From Myxococcales bacterium (GTDB taxonomy: Bacteria > Myxococcota_A > Polyangia > Polyangiales > Polyangiaceae): a DNA stretch of 64,000 bases. Below, piece after piece: positions 57,721 through 64,000 of this stretch; within the stretch, counting starts at the first letter, position 1; the number at the start of each line of letters is the position of its first letter. The notes beneath the pieces are model-generated. The model was not told where the DNA came from and searched no databases. It saw only the letters and a list, made by a program, of their open reading frames with translations. The stretch spans positions 32,001 to 96,000 of the forward strand of contig JAYTOU010000003.1 of assembly GCA_043747615.1 (NCBI GenBank), given 5' to 3'. Made by a program: the position numbers and the translations under genes.

Positions 57721-59632
57721 CCTCTCCACCGCACGGGACGTCGAGTGACGCCGGCGTCCCGCTGCTCCCGACCTTGACCGTGTGACGACCGCAAGCGACG
57801 CGGAAGCTTCCGGTGCCTTGACCAACGAGCTTGCCGTCGACGAATACCCGATGGCCTGCAGCGCTCCGCGACGTCGTTAGGGTGCCTTCCGTGCTCGAAC
57901 CGGAGTGGGCCAACGCGGGAGGCGGGGTCGCTGGAGGCCTTGCGGGCGCTGCTGGTGACGCGGATGCCGGCAGAACCACCGCGGTGACCGTCGGAGGTGG
58001 GGTCGCCGTCGAGCGCGGCCGCGCCGTCGTTGGCGGCCGATGGAGGGTAGCTCCCCAGCGCTGCCACCCGTATACGCCGGCCGCCCCCGCGACGATCAGG
58101 ATGAGGAGAAGGAGAGAAATGATAGCCGGTGCCTTTGCGCCCCGGCGGGGCCTCGCTTTCACCACGACCCGATCGTCTGGAAGCGCGGCAGACGCGTACG
58201 GATCGCTCAATGCAGGGGGCGGCGCTGACCAAAGCGGCGACGGCGGAGGGGGGCCGGACGGGGGCCCGGGCCGACTCGACGGGACCACGACCGCCGCCGA
58301 CGCTAGCGCGGCACTCCCGACGCCTTTGACCGTCGCTGGGCTCCCACTGCTGACCGGAGCGCTAGCGAGAGCGCCCTCCGCCGCGCGATTGATGCGTTCC
58401 GCACTCGGCCGCGAGCTCGGTGGACCGGGACGCGGAATCACCGGTCGAGGGGCTGCCGCCGCCCCTCCAAAGATGATCGTCGAGATCCGCGGCGCAGGAG
58501 CGATGGTCGGCGGCGTTGGAGCCGGGGGCCGCGTTGCGTCGAGCGTCGTCTCGATGAGATCGCTCAAGGAGAACGGCGTCTCGGTCCGCACCGTCTCGGT
58601 CGGCGGAGAGTGGCCTTCAGGGCGCTCGTCCGAGTCATCTGCGTACGACGGCAAGCTCCCACCGGAGACCGTGTCAGGCTGCTCTTCTTCCGTGCCCGGC
58701 CGGAAGGTAGCGAGGGTCTGCACGAGCTTCGCGCGGCCCTCGTCGAGCGGCATCGACGATCGCAGAATCGCCACCATTTCCTCGGCGGTGATCGAGCGCT
58801 TGGACTCCTGAGGCTCGAGGCCACGCGCGACCGCGTTTCTCAGGGCGGCCGGTAAATCAGGGCGAAGCACGTTGAGCGAAACGATGTTCGGGTGGGCCAT
58901 AGCCCGCAGCACTTCCATCTCGGGGAGCGCGTTGTGCTGAATCGCCTTCCGGCGCGCAAGCAGCTCCCACAACAAGAGCGACCCCGCATAGACGTCTGCG
59001 CGAACGGTGACGGCCTCGCCCTTCACCTGCTCGGGCGCCATGTATCCGAACGTGCCCTTGATGAAGCCTGTCTTGGTGTCTCCGGAAATTCCCGTGACCT
59101 TCGCGATCCCAAAGTCCGCGAGCTTCACGTGGCCGTCCCACGGAAGAAGGACGTTCGAAGGGTTCACGTCACGGTGAATGACGGGGGCAAACTCCGCGGT
59201 CTCTGGATCACGCGCGGAGTGCGCCGCGGCCAGCGCCGAAAAAATGCGGGACGCGAGGTAGGTCGCTGCGCGATCGTCGAGCTCCGTCCCTTGCGCATGA
59301 AGGAGCGCGCGCAGCCTGTTGAGCGGCAAGCCGTCTACGAACTCGAGCACCATGACGAGCTGATCGCCCGCACAGAAAAAATCGTAGAGCTTGACGATCC
59401 CGGGATGCGACAGCCGCGCGTAGGCCGATGCCTCCCGCGCGAACATACGCTCCGAATCTGGATCGGCTCGGTACGCGTCGAGGAGGACCTTGAGAACGAC
59501 CACCCGCTCGAAGCCGAGGGGGCCTTCGGCGCGCGCCAGGAGCACGTCCGCCGTGCCACCGGTCGCCAGACGGCGGAGGATACGAAAGCCGCCGATTCGC
59601 TCGGGCGCCGCGCTGTCTTGCTCGACCTCCAT
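57707..59632 (-). CDS. membrane Ser/Thr protein kinase with PEGA-like C-terminus
   Basis: LATGGTADV, VVLK, HRDVNPSN, DFG, GTFGYMAPE; TM; RVFVDG...G.HTVKV. Confidence 0.92.
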   Translation of the reverse strand: MEVEQDSAAPERIGGFRILRRLATGGTADVLLARAEGPLGFERVVVLKVLLDAYRADPDSERMFAREASAYARLSHPGIVKLYDFFCAGDQLVMVLEFVDGLPLNRLRALLHAQGTELDDRAATYLASRIFSALAAAHSARDPETAEFAPVIHRDVNPSNVLLPWDGHVKLADFGIAKVTGISGDTKTGFIKGTFGYMAPEQVKGEAVTVRADVYAGSLLLWELLARRKAIQHNALPEMEVLRAMAHPNIVSLNVLRPDLPAALRNAVARGLEPQESKRSITAEEMVAILRSSMPLDEGRAKLVQTLATFRPGTEEEQPDTVSGGSLPSYADDSDERPEGHSPPTETVRTETPFSLSDLIETTLDATRPPAPTPPTIAPAPRISTIIFGGAAAAPRPVIPRPGPPSSRPSAERINRAAEGALASAPVSSGSPATVKGVGSAALASAAVVVPSSRPGPPSGPPPPSPLWSAPPPALSDPYASAALPDDRVVVKARPRRGAKAPAIISLLLLILIVAGAAGVYGWQRWGATLHRPPTTARPRSTATPPPTVTAVVLPASASPAAPARPPATPPPALAHSGSSTEGTLTTSRSAAGHRVFVDGKLVGQGTGSFRVACGRHTVKVGSSGTPASLDVPCGGEVTAP

Positions 59633-59680
59633 GGCCCTTCGGCGTCTTTCAACGCGCTGTACCCTTGCGCCGCGCGGCTT

Positions 59681-60226
59681 TCAGCCCGGTGCGACGGCGT
59701 TGTTCGTGGCGATGTCCGACTCGACGCTGTCGAGGAGCTCGTTTGCGCGTTCTTCGTCGATGCCCAAGCCCTCGGCAAGCTGGTTCAGCGTCTCGTTCTC
59801 TTCGTCGGCGATGGCGTTGTCGGCGAAGGCTATTGCCGCCGCAAGGACGAACGCCACTTCCGCCCGCGCGCGATCTTCGTGCAGCGCTTCGATGATCTCG
59901 CGCATCCGCGTTTCGCGCCCGTGCTCTCCCACTTTTTTCGAGGCCGCGTCGAGCATCGACTCGATGTGCACCGTGCGCAGCCTGTCCTCGGAGAGATTGC
60001 GGAGCGCGCCTTTGAGCACCTCGCGCTCCTCGCTCGACACCGTGCCGTCGGCGGACATCATCAGGTACATCGCCTCGCACAGCGGGCCGAACTCGGTGAC
60101 GAGGGCGAGCGTCTCCATCGCGTCTGGGCTCAGCCCTCCCGGGATCACCACCGACGGCCGCTGCCCTCGCGTGCGGAGTTGGTCGCGAAGCCGCGAAACC
60201 GTGGAATTGGAGAGCCAGGTGATCAC
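59681..60226 (-). CDS. TerB-family protein
   Basis: EAMYLMMSADGTVSSEER...AFADNAIADEENETL..LAEGLGI; start GTG 60226 (ORF open to 60265). Confidence 0.85.
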   Translation of the reverse strand: MITWLSNSTVSRLRDQLRTRGQRPSVVIPGGLSPDAMETLALVTEFGPLCEAMYLMMSADGTVSSEEREVLKGALRNLSEDRLRTVHIESMLDAASKKVGEHGRETRMREIIEALHEDRARAEVAFVLAAAIAFADNAIADEENETLNQLAEGLGIDEERANELLDSVESDIATNNAVAPG

Positions 60227-60306
60227 TGCGGCCCCCGGCCTGCGCTCGAGACGTCTTGCACACACTGACGAATTGCGAATCGGTTCATCGCGTCGAGGGT
60301 AAACCG

Positions 60307-63300
60307 CTATTCGTCGAACTTGAAGAGATCTTCGAGATCGCCCTTGGTGAGCTTCTTCGCGCCGCCGGCGTCTTCGCTGAGCACCGCTCCGGCCAGATCA
60401 CGCTTCTTGCCGCTGAGCTCGAGGATCTTCTCTTCGATGGTGCCCTTGGCGATGAGTCGGTAGGTGGTGACCACCTTCGTCTGACCGATGCGGTGTGCGC
60501 GATCGCTCGCCTGATCTTCGACCGCCGGGTTCCACCACGGATCGAAGTGGATGACGGTGTCGGCCGCGGTGAGGTTGAGGCCGCTGCCGCCCGCCTTGAG
60601 AGAGATGAGAAACACCGGCGGCCCGTCGTCGCGCTGGAAGTTGTCGACCAGTGCCTGACGATCACGCGAAGATCCGTCGAGGTATTCGTACGGGACTTTG
60701 TCTTCGTCCATCGCCCGCCGGACGATGGTCAGCATCGAGACGAACTGGCTGAAGACCAGCACCTTGTGCCCGCCTTCGAGGGAGGTGGCAATCAGCTCGC
60801 GCAGCGCCACGAGCTTGCCCGAGTCGTCGTCCGTAAACTCGCGCGGGAGACCAAGGAGCCGTGGATCGCACGCCGCTTGGCGAAGGCGGGTGAGGCCGGC
60901 GAGGATCTGGATGTGGCTCCGCGCGAGACCCTGGCGTTCGACCTCGCCCATGACCTGAGCACGCACTTCTTTGAGCACCGCGGCGTAGAGGGCGGCCTGC
61001 TCACCCGTGAGCTCGCAGAACTGATCGGTCTCGATCTTCTCCGGAAGATCCTTGGCGACCTCGGATTTCGTGCGGCGCAGGATGAACGGGTGGATCGTCG
61101 CGCGGAGGCGAGCGGCTGCTTTCTGGTCGCCCGCGTCGATCGGTCGTGAGTAGCGCTCTTCGAATTTGTCGAGGGGACCAAGGAGACCCGGGCTCACGAA
61201 ATCGAAGATCGACCAGATCTCGGAGAGGCGATTTTCGATCGGCGTGCCGCTGAGAGCTAGCCGGCGATCGGCCTTGAGGCGCTTCGCGGCGCGGGCCGTG
61301 GCCGACAGCGGATTTTTGATCTGCTGCGCTTCGTCCAGGATCACGTAGCGCAGATCGAGCTTCGCCAAGAGCTCTTCGTCGCGGCGAAGGAGCGCGTAGC
61401 TCGTGACGACGACGTCCGCCTTTTCCAGTTCTTCCTGGCGATCTTTGCGATCGACCCCGTGCCAGAGCGCGTGCTTCAAGGACGGCGCGAACTTGTCCAT
61501 CTCGCGGAGCCAATTGGTGACCACGCTGGTGGGCGCGACGATGAGGGCCTTGAACGGCTTCGCCCCTTCGGTTTTCTCGTCGGCTGATTTGACGGCCAGG
61601 AGAAGCGCGAGGGCCTGCACGGTTTTTCCGAGACCCATGTCGTCGGCGAGGACGCCGCCCGAGCCGATCTCGTGGAGGAACCACAGCCAGTGGAATCCCT
61701 GCTCCTGATAAGGCCGAAGCGACGCCTTTAGGTTGCGCGGCTTCTTCGCGCCCTTGATCTCGTCGATATCGCGGAGCTTGGCGAAGAGCTCACGCGCCGA
61801 GTCGCTCACGTTCGTCTTGGCGACTTGTTCGAGCAGCTCCTGGAGACGCCCTGCCTGCGACAGAGGGAGCTTGCCGCCGACGCCGCCGCCGGTCGCGAGA
61901 ATTTCGGCCTGGCGCAGAAGGACTTCTTTCACCTTCGCGGAGTCCAGGCGGGCGAAGCTCCCGTCGGCCAAGCGCACGTAGCGTCTTCCTTCGGCGAGGC
62001 AGCGACCGAGCTCTTCCTGGCTGACGGCGACCCCTTCGCTCTCGAACGACAAGCGAAGAGAGAGCCAGTCTACGCCGCTCGACACGCGCGCGTTTGCGCT
62101 GAGAGCCTCGCTCCGGACCTGAACATCCATGAGATCGTCGGGGACGAAGAGATCCCATTCGTCGGGGAGCTGACCGATGCCCTCCGTCCAGAACTGGATG
62201 GCGTCGTCCCCGCGCGCGATGAATCCGTTGCCTTCTTCGTCCGGCGTGAGGCCGAGCCCGCGGAGCTTCGCCGCCGCCTCTTGCTGCGAGGCGATATCGC
62301 AACGAATGCATACTGCACGTTTCGTGCTCGGATCCGGCGGCTTCACGATCACCGGCGCGGTCATACCGTCGGCGCGAACCTCGATCTCCACGTCTTCGTA
62401 GGCCGCGCGGAGGTGGACTTTCGCTTCGATGAGCGAGCCGCCGGCGCGCATCCGGAACGTCGGCAGCATGTCGATGACCGTGGCCACCTGGGAGAGCTCC
62501 GGGAGCTCGGCCCCGACTTCGAGCGCCACCTTGGGGAGCCCCTGCGCAATCAGCAGCGGCAGATGTTCGATCGGCTCGTGAATGAATGGCGCGCGCACCA
62601 GCCGGCGAATGCTCGACGGCGAGACGCGCCTGTCGATGGGACGGGCCACGCCCTCCTGGGGATCGACGTGCCACCCAGGACTGCCTTCGAACCAGGCGCC
62701 CTGCGCGGTCGTGAACTTTCGCGGATCGCCGGGGCGGTAAAAAGACGATTTGACGACGACCTGCGTGCCGTCGGAGGAGAGCTCGAGATCGAAGCGAGGG
62801 CGGAGCGGCTCGTCGCCGAAGCGGAGCTCCATCATCTGCGGCTCGACGATGACCCGGCGGCCTTTCAGGAGCGGCAAGAGATCACTCGCGTCCTCGCCGC
62901 GCACTTCGATTCCCACGCGGCGCGGGCCTTCGTTCTCGAAGCGGGCGAGAAGACGAATGGCTTCGCGATCGGCAGTCGGCGTCTGCGAATGGGCGACGAG
63001 AAGCGCGCTCGGAAGAAGCGGCGTGCGCGCATTTGGATCGAGCAACGTGATGGTGAGCGAGCCCGGCCGCACCTGCATGCGGTACTCGATGACCCTCGGC
63101 AAAGGTGGCAGCGGCTCGGGAAGCCACGCGTCCACGCCCGTCGATACGGAGCCTGCGGGAAGCGAACGGACCGGCGCGTTCCCTCGACCACCTTGCTGCT
63201 GCTGCTGCTGCGGAGGCACCGGCTTCATCGCTCTTGCCGCCGCACGACCCCGCCTGCCCCGTCGACCTCCTCCGCCGCCGCTCAAAGGCTCAGACTCCCC

Positions 63301-63843
63301 GGGGTCTTGATCGCGACCGCGCCGCGACGCGGATGCACCGTCGCGCGAGAAGCCGCCATCGGGTGTTGCGCTCGCATAGCCATTTTGTGCCTGCCCTTGG
63401 TCGCGCCCTTGATCACGACCGGGACGCCCTCCGAACGAAGCGACTCCGTCGGAACGGGGCGGCGTACTTCCTTCGGCTTGGGGCGGACGGCTCGCCCCGC
63501 GCGCTTGATCGCGCAGCGCGATGAGCAATGCGGCGACGTGCTTGCAATGACCATTGAGTCTCGATGGGGCTGGTGAGGTGGCCTGCGTGGCGGAGAATGC
63601 CGGGCAGCTGCAGGTCGACGCGAAGCCGTTGGGGGTCAGGTTGAGGCGAACTTCGTAAGGAGCGGTGTCCGTGCCCCGAACATGGCCGCGGGCGGAGGCC
63701 TCTTCGATGGTGATCCGCTCGACGGCATGCCGACGCACGTAGTCGTAGCCGCGGAGGAACGCACGGGCGCCCAAGAGCCGCCGCAGTGCGCGGTCGTTGA
63801 GCGTGGAAATCGCTTCCGTGAAGGGGGTCGGCGTTGTGGACAA
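60307..63843 (-). CDS. SWIM zinc-finger SNF2-family helicase
   Basis: CSC...CKHVAALL (SWIM); LADDMGLGKT, LDEAQ, LSGTPIEN, KVLVFSQF, QASDRAHRIGQ. Confidence 0.95.
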   Translation of the reverse strand: MSTTPTPFTEAISTLNDRALRRLLGARAFLRGYDYVRRHAVERITIEEASARGHVRGTDTAPYEVRLNLTPNGFASTCSCPAFSATQATSPAPSRLNGHCKHVAALLIALRDQARGASRPPQAEGSTPPRSDGVASFGGRPGRDQGRDQGQAQNGYASATPDGGFSRDGASASRRGRDQDPGESEPLSGGGGGRRGRRGRAAARAMKPVPPQQQQQQGGRGNAPVRSLPAGSVSTGVDAWLPEPLPPLPRVIEYRMQVRPGSLTITLLDPNARTPLLPSALLVAHSQTPTADREAIRLLARFENEGPRRVGIEVRGEDASDLLPLLKGRRVIVEPQMMELRFGDEPLRPRFDLELSSDGTQVVVKSSFYRPGDPRKFTTAQGAWFEGSPGWHVDPQEGVARPIDRRVSPSSIRRLVRAPFIHEPIEHLPLLIAQGLPKVALEVGAELPELSQVATVIDMLPTFRMRAGGSLIEAKVHLRAAYEDVEIEVRADGMTAPVIVKPPDPSTKRAVCIRCDIASQQEAAAKLRGLGLTPDEEGNGFIARGDDAIQFWTEGIGQLPDEWDLFVPDDLMDVQVRSEALSANARVSSGVDWLSLRLSFESEGVAVSQEELGRCLAEGRRYVRLADGSFARLDSAKVKEVLLRQAEILATGGGVGGKLPLSQAGRLQELLEQVAKTNVSDSARELFAKLRDIDEIKGAKKPRNLKASLRPYQEQGFHWLWFLHEIGSGGVLADDMGLGKTVQALALLLAVKSADEKTEGAKPFKALIVAPTSVVTNWLREMDKFAPSLKHALWHGVDRKDRQEELEKADVVVTSYALLRRDEELLAKLDLRYVILDEAQQIKNPLSATARAAKRLKADRRLALSGTPIENRLSEIWSIFDFVSPGLLGPLDKFEERYSRPIDAGDQKAAARLRATIHPFILRRTKSEVAKDLPEKIETDQFCELTGEQAALYAAVLKEVRAQVMGEVERQGLARSHIQILAGLTRLRQAACDPRLLGLPREFTDDDSGKLVALRELIATSLEGGHKVLVFSQFVSMLTIVRRAMDEDKVPYEYLDGSSRDRQALVDNFQRDDGPPVFLISLKAGGSGLNLTAADTVIHFDPWWNPAVEDQASDRAHRIGQTKVVTTYRLIAKGTIEEKILELSGKKRDLAGAVLSEDAGGAKKLTKGDLEDLFKFDE

Positions 63844-64000
63844 AGTAAGGGCCCGGCTTGCGCGAAAAGACGCGGCTTCGAGACGACTATCGAGAGCGGA
63901 GGCACGGCGCGTTGGGTCGTAAAAACCCAGGTGCCGCGAGCGCGCAGCTCACGAATCGGACGGTTAGCACCGCGTTTTGGGCAACGCAAGAGATGAAACT

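Noticed and set aside
63193..63211. Short (CAG)n poly-Gln tract in the SNF2 linker
   Set aside because: Only six codons in a disordered linker; unremarkable.
57707..63843. Named anti-phage system (SNF2 + TerB + kinase)
   Set aside because: No nuclease, methylase or other defining component; SWIM-SNF2 helicases are widespread housekeeping genes.

Overview
GC-rich, gene-dense chromosomal segment. Its gene content (large TPR proteins, two eukaryote-like Ser/Thr kinases, many Cys-rich lipoproteins with DAG/DGG linkers, zinc-ribbon-TPR protein, TerB paralogues) suggests a myxobacterium, probably Polyangiales/Labilithrix-like; this is inference. About 50 CDS are supported. I saw no rRNA, tRNA, CRISPR array or mobile element. 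Main blocks: (i) pgsA/YqeY/lipoprotein region; (ii) a polysaccharide-modification operon (two CE4 deacetylases plus a CelD/BcsL-type GNAT) convergent with a translationally coupled trio of NAP-repeat lipoprotein, ferritin-like di-iron protein and CapK/PaaK-like ligase; (iii) giant TPR protein, kinase, M23 peptidase and HEAT protein; (iv) an ECF sigma / FecR-TPR / putative beta-barrel module flanked by Cys-rich lipoproteins, with two matching divergent promoter motifs; (v) zinc-ribbon-TPR, SppA, giant TPR, lipoproteins and TerB; (vi) a glycolipid/glycan locus (four GT4, DUF2334, WalW-like deacetylase, MMPL, MurJ-like flippase); (vii) lipase, FGE-domain and SGNH proteins, kinase, TerB and a SWIM-SNF2 helicase. 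The best candidates for undescribed systems are the NAP-repeat/di-iron/ligase operon and the ECF signalling module that lacks a TonB-dependent receptor. All calls come from reading motifs by eye; no database searches were run.
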